Part shown: positions 18,411 to 27,908 of the stretch, piece after piece
How positions within the stretch are numbered: the stretch's first letter is position 1
How the letters are laid out: every line of letters starts with the position of its first letter
Assembly: GCA_001548435.1 (NCBI GenBank)
Contig: AP017308.1
Coordinates: 503,030-567,029, forward strand
Origin: Leptolyngbya sp. NIES-3755
GTDB lineage: Bacteria; Cyanobacteriota; Cyanobacteriia; Leptolyngbyales; Leptolyngbyaceae
DNA length: 64,000 nt
Direction of reading: 5' to 3'
Program-made: the position numbers and the translations under genes
Notes under the pieces: generated by a model
Seen by the model: the letters and a program-made list of their open reading frames with translations, nothing else
Told to the model about the DNA's origin: nothing
Database searches by the model: none

Positions 18411-19901
18411 ATGAGCGATTCTATTACTGTTCTCCTCATCGACGATCAAGCCATCATCAGCGAAGCCATCCAGAAAATGTTGGCTCCAGAATCGGATATC
18501 AAATTCCACTATTGCAACAATCCACTAGAAGCGCTAAAGGTTGCGAAACAGTGCAATCCGACTGTGATTTTGCAAGATTTGGTGATGCCGCAGATGGATG
18601 GATTGTTACTGGTGCGATTTCTGCGATCGCAAGATGCTCCAACGGCTGATGTTCCTCTAATTGTGCTATCGAGCAAAGAAGAACCTGTGATTAAAGCTCA
18701 AGCGTTTGAACTAGGGGCAAATGATTATTTGGTGAAATTGCCCGATCGTGTTGAGTTGATTGCTCGAATTCGCTATCACTCCAGAGCTTATATCAACTTA
18801 CGCAAACGTCAGGAAGCAGAAGCGCAATTACGCGATGAGAACTTGCGGCAAGCTCAATACATTGAACAAGTGAATAAGCTAACGAAAGCAGCAGTTTCTG
18901 TTGAAGATAATAGTTTTAGACCAGAAGATTTAGAAGAAGTCAGCGATCGACCTGATGAACTGGGTCAACTCTCGCGGGTGTTTGTGCAAATGGTCGATAC
19001 GGTGAACACACGAGAACAAGAACTAAAGCGATTGAATGAGTCGTTTGCTCGATTCTTCCCTGGTGAATATCTGCAATTTCTGCGAAAAGAATCGGTGACA
19101 GAGGTGCAGTTAGGCGACTATGTAAGTAAAACGATGGCAGTGATGTTTAGTGATATTCGAGCATTTACAAGTATCTCTGAATCGATGACACCGCAGGAGA
19201 ATTTCGCTTTCGTGAATGCTTACTTGAAGCGTGTCAGTCCAGAAATTCGCAATCACTACGGCATTATTGTGAAATTCTTAGGTGACGGAATGATGGCAGT
19301 GTTTCCAGATGGTGCGGATGATGCGGTCGCGGCGGGCGTTGCGAAACAGCTTCGGGTGCAGGAATACAATGTCGATCGAATGGAACGAGGCTTTTTACCT
19401 GTGCAAGTTGGAATTGGAATTCATGTCGGGCACATGATGTTAGGCATGGTCGGGGAAACAAATCGAATTCAAGGTGATGCGTTCTCAGATAATGTGAATC
19501 TGACCTCTCGACTCGAAGGATTGACCAAATACTACGGCGTATCAATGCTGATTTCTGGTCAGACTTTGGAGTATTTGAGCAATCCGGATCAATATCAATT
19601 TCGGTTTCTCGATCGAGCGATCGTCAAAGGTCGAATTGAACCGATTACGGTGTACGAAGTGTTAGATGCTGAAACTGAAGAGAATCGTCAAATCAAACTA
19701 CAAACTCAATCGATTTACGATCAAGGAATTGAACACTATCGACAACAGGAATTTGATCAAGCGAGATCTCGTTTTAAGGAAGTTCTAGAGGCAAATCCAG
19801 ACGATAAAACGGCGCGGCTGTATGTCGATCGCGTCACTGAATTGCTCGATCGAGGAGTGCCCGAAGATTGGACGGATGCTTGGGCGTTTAGCGAGAAATA
19901 A
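18411..19901 (+). CDS. Response regulator fused to class III adenylyl/guanylyl cyclase (CHD) domain with C-terminal TPR-like tail
   Basis: REC (LLIDDQ...ILQDLVMPQMDG); coiled-coil linker; CHD (MFSDIRAFTSISE...KFLGDGMMAVF...GDAFSDNVNLTSRLE). Lys and Asp sit at the adenine-specifying positions. Confidence 0.8.
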   Translation: MSDSITVLLIDDQAIISEAIQKMLAPESDIKFHYCNNPLEALKVAKQCNPTVILQDLVMPQMDGLLLVRFLRSQDAPTADVPLIVLSSKEEPVIKAQAFELGANDYLVKLPDRVELIARIRYHSRAYINLRKRQEAEAQLRDENLRQAQYIEQVNKLTKAAVSVEDNSFRPEDLEEVSDRPDELGQLSRVFVQMVDTVNTREQELKRLNESFARFFPGEYLQFLRKESVTEVQLGDYVSKTMAVMFSDIRAFTSISESMTPQENFAFVNAYLKRVSPEIRNHYGIIVKFLGDGMMAVFPDGADDAVAAGVAKQLRVQEYNVDRMERGFLPVQVGIGIHVGHMMLGMVGETNRIQGDAFSDNVNLTSRLEGLTKYYGVSMLISGQTLEYLSNPDQYQFRFLDRAIVKGRIEPITVYEVLDAETEENRQIKLQTQSIYDQGIEHYRQQEFDQARSRFKEVLEANPDDKTARLYVDRVTELLDRGVPEDWTDAWAFSEK

Positions 19902-19969
19902 AGGAACGCGATCGTTTTCCAAATCTGCATTAAGATGGTCATGCCCTCGTTACCCGGTTCTCGATCGTT

Positions 19970-20920
19970 ATGTCTGACCTTCAAGCAACGTTCTCCAGCC
20001 TTCGACAAGCTCTTGATCAAATTGTGGTGGGTCAAAGCGCATTAGTACAGCAGCTTTTAGTGGCGTTGCTGTCTGGCGGGCATGTGATTTTAGAAGGTGT
20101 GCCGGGAACTGGAAAAACGCTTTTAGTCAAAGTAATGGCGCAATTAGTTCGATCGGAGTTTCGCCGCGTTCAACTGACTCCAGACATTCTGCCATCTGAT
20201 ATTTTAGGAACGAATATTTTTGACCTGAACACTCGCAACTTTATTTTGAAAAAAGGTCCCGTGTTCACGCAGATTCTACTTGCAGATGAAGTCAACCGAA
20301 CGCCACCCAAAACACAATCGGCACTGCTCGAAGCAATGGAAGAACAGCAAGTCACTCTAGACGGTGAGAGCTTGCCTTTGCCTGAGTTCTTCTGGGTAAT
20401 TGCAACTCAGAATTCATTGGAGTTTGAAGGAACTTATCCACTACCAGAGGCGCAACTCGATCGCTTTTTGTTCAAGCTAATGGCGAACTATCCCGATCCA
20501 GCAGCAGAAAAGAAAATGTTGCTCAATCATCAAGCAGGATTCCAAGCGAAACGGCTCAATCTCAGTAGACTTCAACCGATCGCATCTGTGGACGAAGTTT
20601 TGAAAGCGCGGCAACTGGTACGATCGCTAACTGTTGAAGAACCGATTCTCGATTATTTACTATCTGTGGTTCAGAAAACTCGCCAACATCCTGATCTAGT
20701 GTTAGGTGCTTCTCCTCGATCGGCAGTCGCCTGGTTGAATGTGAGTAAAGCTCAAGCTTGGTTATCCGGTCGGAACTATGTGACTCCGGATGATATTAAA
20801 GCGGTTGCTCCTCCACTGTTGCGCCATCGATTAATTCTACGTCCTGAAGCTCAGTTAGATGGAATTAATGTCGATTCGGTGATCAATGCCATTCTCAATC
20901 AAGTTGCTGTTCCTCGTTAG
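19970..20920 (+). CDS. MoxR-family AAA+ ATPase
   Basis: Walker A GVPGTGKT and the MoxR signature (ILLADEVNRTPPKTQSALLEAMEE). Confidence 0.85.
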   Translation: MSDLQATFSSLRQALDQIVVGQSALVQQLLVALLSGGHVILEGVPGTGKTLLVKVMAQLVRSEFRRVQLTPDILPSDILGTNIFDLNTRNFILKKGPVFTQILLADEVNRTPPKTQSALLEAMEEQQVTLDGESLPLPEFFWVIATQNSLEFEGTYPLPEAQLDRFLFKLMANYPDPAAEKKMLLNHQAGFQAKRLNLSRLQPIASVDEVLKARQLVRSLTVEEPILDYLLSVVQKTRQHPDLVLGASPRSAVAWLNVSKAQAWLSGRNYVTPDDIKAVAPPLLRHRLILRPEAQLDGINVDSVINAILNQVAVPR

Positions 20921-20923
20921 CTT

Positions 20924-22228
20924 ATGATTCCTTCACTCCGAACTTATGGATTATTGCTAGTCGGTGGCGCGATCGCTGCTGTTCTATTCTTGTTCAATCC
21001 GCAATTGTCGATCGTCGTTCTATTACTCTTCGATCTGATTGTTCTCGGATTAGCATTCTTCGATAGTTCACGAGTGAAACCGCATCGGGTGAAAGTCGAT
21101 CGACAAGTGGCATCCAGATTATCGATCGGGCGAGATAACTTAGTCAGCCTCAATGTTGAATCTGTAGCGCGATCGACAGAAATTCGCATCTATGATCAGT
21201 ATCCGATCGAGTTCTCTGTTTCATCAATGCCGCTAGCTCTAAAGCTTGGAGCAAATCTGAAACAGCAACTTTCCTATACGGTGAATCCTTCCTATCGAGG
21301 AGAGTATCACTGGAAAGACATTCAAGTGCGTCAATTAAGTCCGTGGCGACTCGCTTGGCACAGTTGGAAGATTCCACAAGAGCAAAAAGTTTCGGTTTAT
21401 CCAGATTTACTTGGACTACGATCGCTTTCAATCCGATTAACCTTAGAATCTTCTGGCTCAATTCGTCGCGCCCGTCGATTAGGCATTGGAACTGAATTCT
21501 CAGAGCTTCGAGAATATGGCATTGGAGATGATCCACGGTTTATTGATTGGAAAGCAACTGCACGACGTGGACAACCGTTAGTTCGAGTATTGGAACCAGA
21601 ACAAGAGCAGACTTTGATTATTTTGCTCGATCGCGGTCGGTTGATGACTTCTCAAGTTCAAGGATTAGCGCGATTTGATTGGGGACTGAATGCGACACTA
21701 GCACTGGCACTGGCGGGATTACATCGAGGCGATCGAGTTGGGGTTGGCGTATTCGATCGACAAGTTCAAACATGGATTCCTCCAGAACGCGGACAGGCAC
21801 ATTTGAATCATTTAATCGAGCGCTTAACTCCGATTCAACCAGAGATTCTAGAGCCAGATTATTTAGGTGCAGTTACAACCTTAGTCAATCAACAGGCTCG
21901 ACGGGCTTTAGTGGTTGTGATTACCGATATTGTTGATACTACAGCCTCATCCGAACTATTAGCAGCATTGGGACGATTAACACCGAGGTACTTACCATTC
22001 TGCGTTACCTTGCGAGATCCACAAGTTGATCAACAAGCACATACAGTAACCGAGGATTTGCCCTCGACTTACGAAAGAGCCGTAGCACTCGATTTGATTG
22101 CTCAGCGACAGATTGCATTTAGTACATTAAAACAACGAGGTGTATTAGTGTTGGATGCACCTGCGAATCAAATTACAGAAGAATTAGTCGATCGATATCT
22201 TCAACTCAAAGCCAGAAACCAACTTTAA
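20924..22228 (+). CDS. DUF58-family protein (vWA-like partner of MoxR) with N-terminal TM helices
   Basis: Immediately follows MoxR with a 3-bp gap; DUF58 motif region (EFSELREYGIGDDPRFIDWKATARRGQPLVRV). Confidence 0.75.
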   Translation: MIPSLRTYGLLLVGGAIAAVLFLFNPQLSIVVLLLFDLIVLGLAFFDSSRVKPHRVKVDRQVASRLSIGRDNLVSLNVESVARSTEIRIYDQYPIEFSVSSMPLALKLGANLKQQLSYTVNPSYRGEYHWKDIQVRQLSPWRLAWHSWKIPQEQKVSVYPDLLGLRSLSIRLTLESSGSIRRARRLGIGTEFSELREYGIGDDPRFIDWKATARRGQPLVRVLEPEQEQTLIILLDRGRLMTSQVQGLARFDWGLNATLALALAGLHRGDRVGVGVFDRQVQTWIPPERGQAHLNHLIERLTPIQPEILEPDYLGAVTTLVNQQARRALVVVITDIVDTTASSELLAALGRLTPRYLPFCVTLRDPQVDQQAHTVTEDLPSTYERAVALDLIAQRQIAFSTLKQRGVLVLDAPANQITEELVDRYLQLKARNQL

Positions 22229-22299
22229 TTGAGTCGATTGATCTCTTACAGAATTTTTTCAGCGATCGTTCCCTGCATTTCCTTGTCAAAATTGTATAA

Positions 22300-22536
22300 G
22301 TGTTTATATATTCGCGATCGTACACCATGACCGAAATCGTATTTCTCATCGAAGATGCACCCGAAGGCGGCTATACTGCTCGTGCCTTGAGCGAATCGAT
22401 CTTTACTGAAGCCGATGATATGGATCAATTACGCGAAGAAGTCCGCGATGCCGTCAGATGTCACTTTCCGGACGAACAAGATCGTCCTAAACTCATTCGT
22501 CTACATTTCGTGCGGGATGAGGTCATTGCCTCGTGA
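22300..22536 (+). CDS. HicB-like (UPF0150) antitoxin; start probably the internal ATG at 22327
   Basis: Small acidic protein with the HicB N-domain pattern (IVFLIEDAPEGGYTARALSE). GTGA overlap with the downstream HicA-like gene. Confidence 0.5.
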   Translation: MFIYSRSYTMTEIVFLIEDAPEGGYTARALSESIFTEADDMDQLREEVRDAVRCHFPDEQDRPKLIRLHFVRDEVIAS

Positions 22537-22778
22537 AACTCCCTCGCGACCTCTCCGGTTTAGAACTTGCCAATCTGCTCAAACGGTTTGAATACGTTAT
22601 TGGTCGTCAAACAGGCAGTCACATTCGCTTAACGACAGATCGAAACGGAGAACATCACATTACAATTCCTGCCCACAATCCGCTGAAAATTGGAACTCTT
22701 TCCGCAATTCTGAGAGATGTTGCTGAGCATTTAGAGCTAAGTCGCGACGAGCTAGTTGCTGAACTATTTGAGAAATAG
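22533..22778 (+). CDS. HicA-like (YcfA) mRNA-interferase toxin (GTG start)
   Basis: 81 aa; LKRFEYVIGRQTGSHIRLTTDRNGEHHITIPAHNPLKIGTLSAIL matches the HicA GSH...P.H..L..GT...IL pattern. Confidence 0.55.
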   Translation: MKLPRDLSGLELANLLKRFEYVIGRQTGSHIRLTTDRNGEHHITIPAHNPLKIGTLSAILRDVAEHLELSRDELVAELFEK

Positions 22779-22877
22779 CGAAATCGAATGATGAAATTCT
22801 AGTTTCATGCGGCTGGATCTAACATCAAATTCTGCAAAGCGCTAAAATTTAACCATTCCTGATTTCCTGCAATTCTT

Positions 22878-23153
22878 ATGGCGATCGCACTCTCATCTGA
22901 AATCCTGACCCTTGAAGAAGCTGCCGCCTACTTGCGGTTATCGCCTGAGGTCGTCGAACGTCAAGCGACTCAAGGAAGTTTACCCGGACGCAACATCGAG
23001 AACGAATGGCGATTTCTCAAATCAGCGATCGATGATTGGCTCCGAACACCGAACAGCTATACGGCGCTACTTGAGCAGATTGGCGCTTTTTCCGACGATG
23101 AAACACTCGCTGAACTGAGAGACTCGATTTACCGCGATCGCTCAGAATCCTGA
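22878..23153 (+). CDS. Excisionase/MerR-type HTH small DNA-binding protein (orphan antitoxin-like)
   Basis: LTLEEAAAYLRLSPEVVERQATQGSLPGR matches the excisionase-family HTH. Confidence 0.4.
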   Translation: MAIALSSEILTLEEAAAYLRLSPEVVERQATQGSLPGRNIENEWRFLKSAIDDWLRTPNSYTALLEQIGAFSDDETLAELRDSIYRDRSES

Positions 23154-23159
23154 TTTCAA

Positions 23160-24794
23160 TCACTCCAGACCGTGACTCTTCCCGATCACCCAATGCCGTT
23201 TAAAGAATCGCGCCAGACTAGATTCTTCAAGCGATAGATAAATCGGGCGACCATGTGGACAGGTACGCGGATTTCGGGTTTTCTGCCAGCGATCAATCAA
23301 CGATTGCATTTGGTCGATCGACAATGGAACCCCATTCCGAATCGCACTCCGACAAGCGACCGAGACCTGCGCCGCTTGCAAATCTCCACCCAAACTCAAC
23401 TCGATCAAAGCTTCTGCACAATCTTCCCGCTTTGCTAAGAGTTCAGGAACCGATCGCACTGCCCAAAGTTGTTCACCAAATGGATCAACTTCAATTCCAA
23501 TCCGCTGAAGTTGTTCGACTTGAGTGATTGAAAGTTGATGAAGCACGATCGCAGGCTCAAGCGGAACTAACTGCCATCGATCGCTAATTTCTTCAAACAG
23601 AATTCGCTCATGAGCAATGTGCTGTTCAATTAACCACATTCCTGATGGATGCTCTGCCAGAATGTAACGATTGTGGACCTGTGTTAGCGCTTTGAGAAAC
23701 GAGAAAGAAGGTTCTGGGATAACTTCCCGCTGCACATGATAGCCAGCATCAGACTCAGCCGCCTTAATTAGTTGACTCACTTGTGAAGTATAGAGACCAT
23801 CAGGAACAGTCTCAGGATTAATTCGGAGAGCTTGAGCGATCGCATTTTTCACCTGCTCTTTCCAATCATCCAAATTGTGCAAATACACTTCTGCTTTTGC
23901 AGGATGGCGATTCCAATCAATCTGTTCTGGAGCAAGCTGAAGATGAATCAAACAAATGGGATGTCGCTCTCTTGGTAATGTTCTCCGAAATGCTCCTAAA
24001 ATCGTTTGCTCTAGCTCTGGAAATTGTACAAACCGACCATTAATTGCAACTCTCACCCAATCCGGTCGATGTCGATGAGCGCGATCGGGCAATCCCAACA
24101 CCAAAGACAGTGCAGCCGATTTTAGCTCAGTTAAATCCTCAATTCGCACATCTTTCAACAATTGTGGTAGTAAATCTTTTGCAGAGTTACCAGCCCAAAG
24201 ATTGAACCATAATCGATCGTTTTGATACACCTGCCAAGTAATTCGCGGATGAGCTAACGCAATCTGATAAATAATTTGCTGAACTGCCTTTAACTGTTGA
24301 GAAGTTGAGGGTAAACCGTCACGTCTCGCTTCCCACGTTTCAAACAATCGATCGACCATCACAATCGTTCCTGGCGCGATCGCTACCGATTCAACTTGAT
24401 CCGCTTCTCCATCCGTTCGATAAGTGATTTTCCATCCCGGTTCTGAAGCCATCCGACTGAGAATCTCTAAATTTGAGAGTTGCGCCAAACTATGCAGAGC
24501 TTCCCCGCGAAATCCGAGACTATGAATCTGCCAAAGATCAGCACGATCGCGAATCTTACTGGTACTATGCGGCTGTGCAGCTTTCCGCAAATCGTCCAAA
24601 CTCATGCCTGCACCATTATCCGCGACTCTGATGCGCCATTGCTCAGCCCAGACGGAAACGGTGATCCGAGTTGCACCTGCATCGATCGCATTTTCGACGA
24701 GTTCGCGCACGACAGCGGCAAGAGAATCAATCACTTCTCCCGCTGCAATCAGGTGAACAACGTCGATCGGTAGTGGTTGTATCTGCTGTCCCAT
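23160..24794 (-). CDS. mutL: DNA mismatch repair protein MutL
   Basis: GHKL ATPase N-terminus (IAAGEVIDSLAAVVRELVENAIDAGATRITV) and C-terminal dimerisation domain; 544 aa. Confidence 0.9.
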   Translation of the reverse strand: MGQQIQPLPIDVVHLIAAGEVIDSLAAVVRELVENAIDAGATRITVSVWAEQWRIRVADNGAGMSLDDLRKAAQPHSTSKIRDRADLWQIHSLGFRGEALHSLAQLSNLEILSRMASEPGWKITYRTDGEADQVESVAIAPGTIVMVDRLFETWEARRDGLPSTSQQLKAVQQIIYQIALAHPRITWQVYQNDRLWFNLWAGNSAKDLLPQLLKDVRIEDLTELKSAALSLVLGLPDRAHRHRPDWVRVAINGRFVQFPELEQTILGAFRRTLPRERHPICLIHLQLAPEQIDWNRHPAKAEVYLHNLDDWKEQVKNAIAQALRINPETVPDGLYTSQVSQLIKAAESDAGYHVQREVIPEPSFSFLKALTQVHNRYILAEHPSGMWLIEQHIAHERILFEEISDRWQLVPLEPAIVLHQLSITQVEQLQRIGIEVDPFGEQLWAVRSVPELLAKREDCAEALIELSLGGDLQAAQVSVACRSAIRNGVPLSIDQMQSLIDRWQKTRNPRTCPHGRPIYLSLEESSLARFFKRHWVIGKSHGLE

Positions 24795-24954
24795 TCCTCT
24801 AGTTTACAAAATTGGAAGAGTTCTGTGATTTGTGGGGGAAATTGTGCGATCGTACAAACTCTCCAAACCGGAAATTTCTGAATTTACGTCGTTTTGAGCA
24901 GAAAATTTCTGGGGCACTCTAAATGAGCCAGTCTAGCAAACGGAAGTAGCCACA

Positions 24955-25770
24955 ATGAAACTCATTCATGTGCATGGATTCGCAGAGCTTGAGCCAGAAA
25001 CACTAATCACCAAGCAATATCGGAAATTTGCGAAGAAACTGTATTGGAACTTAGACATCCAGGAATTTAAGTGGAACACTTTAGAAGGAAATCCAACAAA
25101 GCTAGTTGCAAATTTCCATGAATCTGAGCGACGCATCAAAGAAGTTGCAAAGCAATTAATAGAGGAGATCGCATCAGAGAAAGACGAGATTATCCTATCT
25201 GGACACAGTCTTGGCGGTGCAATCTTGTTGGAAGCCTTGGAAGCTTACCCGATTCTTTCTAATCTTCATAGTGTCGTTTTGTTGGGTACAGCCTATCCTC
25301 GAAAAAATTCACTTTATCGAATTCAGTCGATAACACCGCGCTGCTATGCGTTAAATTATCACTCGCCAGTCTGGGATCTTGCCCTGAATCAAGCTTTTTA
25401 CAATGCAAAAGGATGCACCGCAGTGGGAAGCTATGGGCTTCTGAATCCTGGCATTTTTGAGAATGTAGGGGTAAGTTGCACTCACACTGGTCTTACAGGA
25501 TATGCACGTTTAATTCCTGGTATTGTTGGGCTTCTTGCTCATTCTCAAGGCATTCAAAGTGTTGAGAAAGCAAAAACGCCTTGGCAGCCCATTGCGATCG
25601 GCAATACAGGAGATTGGGACAATTTGCACCAATTCGATGAACATATCTTGCAGCGTCACTGTATGACCGGATATTTCCGCGTGATTGAGGCAGGTGGATT
25701 GCATCGAGAGCGCTTTTATTCTAGGTGTGTAATCCCGCTTCTTAATGAAGTCGCAGCGCTACCAAAATAG
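24955..25770 (+). CDS. Alpha/beta-hydrolase-fold protein (GHSLGG nucleophile elbow), function unknown
   Basis: GHSLGGAILLEA lipase/esterase-type motif. Confidence 0.5.
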   Translation: MKLIHVHGFAELEPETLITKQYRKFAKKLYWNLDIQEFKWNTLEGNPTKLVANFHESERRIKEVAKQLIEEIASEKDEIILSGHSLGGAILLEALEAYPILSNLHSVVLLGTAYPRKNSLYRIQSITPRCYALNYHSPVWDLALNQAFYNAKGCTAVGSYGLLNPGIFENVGVSCTHTGLTGYARLIPGIVGLLAHSQGIQSVEKAKTPWQPIAIGNTGDWDNLHQFDEHILQRHCMTGYFRVIEAGGLHRERFYSRCVIPLLNEVAALPK

Positions 25771-25895
25771 CGATTGCTTTCTAAGCGCGATCGAATCTCG
25801 TATGCTGACTGTGCAGGATGATTAAACGTTGATCGTTTCCTCCATTTCCTTGTCACAATTGAATCAGTCGCTTATCCACAGGAGTACGATCGCAC

Positions 25896-26216
25896 ATGAA
25901 CATGCAACTCATGATTCAACCCTCCTCACTCATGCCTAAAGGCTTATCTCTGAATCAATTTGGAGACGTTCAGCTTTTCAGGTTTACAGATGAGCTACAA
26001 TCACGCTTTGAAGAACTACTGACCAAGAACAAGCAAGCATCACTCACACCAGAAGAACGGGCTGAGCTTGATGGTATCTCTGAACTCTCCAGAATCTTCA
26101 CCTACATCAATGCACAACTGGCAGCCCAATCGAAATGGTGTCCAACGCAACTCGAAAACTTGTCCGACAACGCGCCAAATTCCTCTGTGAATACTGCTAT
26201 TCCCCCGAATACTTAA
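25896..26216 (+). CDS. Hypothetical small protein (its 3' end overlaps the start of the HNH pseudogene)
   Basis: ORF only. Confidence 0.3.
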   Translation: MNMQLMIQPSSLMPKGLSLNQFGDVQLFRFTDELQSRFEELLTKNKQASLTPEERAELDGISELSRIFTYINAQLAAQSKWCPTQLENLSDNAPNSSVNTAIPPNT

Positions 26217-26588
26217 GCCCCGATCGCTTCACGATCGACCACATTCAACCCCAATCTTTGAACGGTTCTGATGAGTTATGACAATCTTGCTCTAGCCTGC
26301 CATCGTTGCAATGAGCGTCATTACAACTTCACAACCGCGATCGATCCTCAGACACAAAAACCTGTTCTCCTATTTAACCCACGTCAAAACGCCTGGGCAA
26401 AGCATTTCATTTGGACAGCCGATGCTCTCAAAATTAGTGGTACTACGCCGATCGGTCGAGCAACTTGCGCTCGTTTTGACCTCAACGACGAAGAACATGA
26501 CGAAGGTGCAATTCAAAATGCTCGTTGGATTTGGACACAGAGTGGCTGGCATCCTCCTCAAGACGATCCGCGACAACTCTCCTCCTAA
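26135..26588 (+). pseudogene. HNH endonuclease with a +1 frameshift near 26266-26272
   Basis: Frame 2 reads ...RQRAKFLCEYCYSPEYLSPDRFTIDHIQPQSLNGSDEL then a stop. Frame 0 continues MSYDNLALACHRCNERHYNF.... Deleting one T after GAGTTA restores the canonical HNH motif CEYC...DHI.P...GG.DELDNLALACHRCN. Confidence 0.6.
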
Positions 26589-26723
26589 CGCGGTTCGTTC
26601 TGCGAGAGTCGAAGCGATCGAATCCCGAATGCTCACCGTCCAGGATGAATAGCGCGATCGTTTGGTGTGCAGCTTGTCAAAAGTGTATAAATGATTTAGG
26701 TCTAAAAGCGCGATCGTATTCTT

Positions 26724-26921
26724 ATGAAAGGTTACATCAAAAATAAAACCATCATTCTCATCGATCCCCTTCCCGACGATCTCCAGGACGGGGACGAAGT
26801 AGAAGTTTCGATCGCTCCTGCTCCGAAGCAAAACTTACCCTTCCCGACTTTCAATCTCGGCATCAAAGACGAATATTTGGAACGCGATCGTATCTATGAG
26901 CAAAACCCGGATTCTGTTTGA
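26724..26921 (+). CDS. VapB-like antitoxin (small, overlaps the PIN-domain gene)
   Basis: 65-aa ORF whose 3' end overlaps the start of the PIN-domain gene by 26 bp. Confidence 0.45.
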   Translation: MKGYIKNKTIILIDPLPDDLQDGDEVEVSIAPAPKQNLPFPTFNLGIKDEYLERDRIYEQNPDSV

Positions 26922-27363
26922 CACCAATGTTTTAGTTTATGCTCATGATGCGACTTCTCAATATCACGCTGACTCTGCTGCTCTGCTACTTCAAGTCTTT
27001 CAGCAAGATATACAGGGAGTTTTAGCTGAGCAAAACATCATTGAACTTTACCGAATTCTAACAAATCCGGTCGCTATGACTGGAAATGCCCTAACGCCTA
27101 AACAAGCTCAATCATTACTCACAGCAACCTATCTCGGCGGAAATTTTGAACTGATTTACCCCAATCTTTCTACGATTGATCGGCTCTTGAACCTAGCTGT
27201 CACTCGCAACATCACTTCTGCCAAAATTTTCGATTTGCGTCTTGCCGCGATCGCTCTAGAATCACAAATCGATTACTTTGCAACTTATAACATTCGAGAT
27301 TTTCAACAAATTAATCACTTGAACGCGATCGAGCCTCCGACACTTCTCAAATTACTAATCTAA
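26896..27363 (+). CDS. PIN-domain ribonuclease toxin (VapC-like)
   Basis: ILFDTNVLVYA N-terminal motif and later acidic residues (D...E...D) in the PIN arrangement. Confidence 0.7.
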   Translation: MSKTRILFDTNVLVYAHDATSQYHADSAALLLQVFQQDIQGVLAEQNIIELYRILTNPVAMTGNALTPKQAQSLLTATYLGGNFELIYPNLSTIDRLLNLAVTRNITSAKIFDLRLAAIALESQIDYFATYNIRDFQQINHLNAIEPPTLLKLLI

Positions 27364-27908
27364 TCCAAGCATCGGTACATCACATACGCATCGACATAGC
27401 CAAGAGATTGATGGTGAAATGCTTTCGGTAAAGTGCCGACGATCGAGAATCCTAACTTTTCCCACAATGCGATCGCGGCATGATTCGTACTCACCACAAA
27501 GTTAAACTGAATCGCTAAAAATCCTAATCGTTTTGCCTCTTGCAAACAATGTAATCCCATTGCTTTCCCGATACCGCGACCGTGATAGCTCGGATCAACC
27601 ATAAAACTTGCATTGGCAACATGAGAACCGCGATCGCGCTGATTTGCAACAATCTTGTACATTCCCACGATCTGCCCCTGATCTTCTGCAATGTAAGTCG
27701 TTACTCCTGCACCAAACCAGTAAGAAAAGGCATCTTCGCGGCTCGTATTGGCTGCAAAAACGTAAGTGTCTCCCGGTTCAATCACGGTTTTGAAGATTGT
27801 CCAGATGGAATTAAAATCGGTGTCGATCGCTTTCCGAATCAGCATAAATCTGAAGCTTACTGAGTTACATTCTCTCCAATACCTGAATTCCCAACAAAGA
27901 TAAGCCAA
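27360..27908 (-). CDS. GNAT-family N-acetyltransferase (true start probably internal, near 27845)
   Basis: Acetyl-CoA-binding motif region ([24 protein letters not shown]). Confidence 0.75.
   Translation of the reverse strand: MAYLCWEFRYWRECNSVSFRFMLIRKAIDTDFNSIWTIFKTVIEPGDTYVFAANTSREDAFSYWFGAGVTTYIAEDQGQIVGMYKIVANQRDRGSHVANASFMVDPSYHGRGIGKAMGLHCLQEAKRLGFLAIQFNFVVSTNHAAIALWEKLGFSIVGTLPKAFHHQSLGYVDAYVMYRCLD

Noticed and set aside
22912-23118. 68-aa ORF in an alternative frame
   Set aside because: It is fully nested in the more plausible HTH-protein frame (22878-23153) and shows no HTH or other motif.
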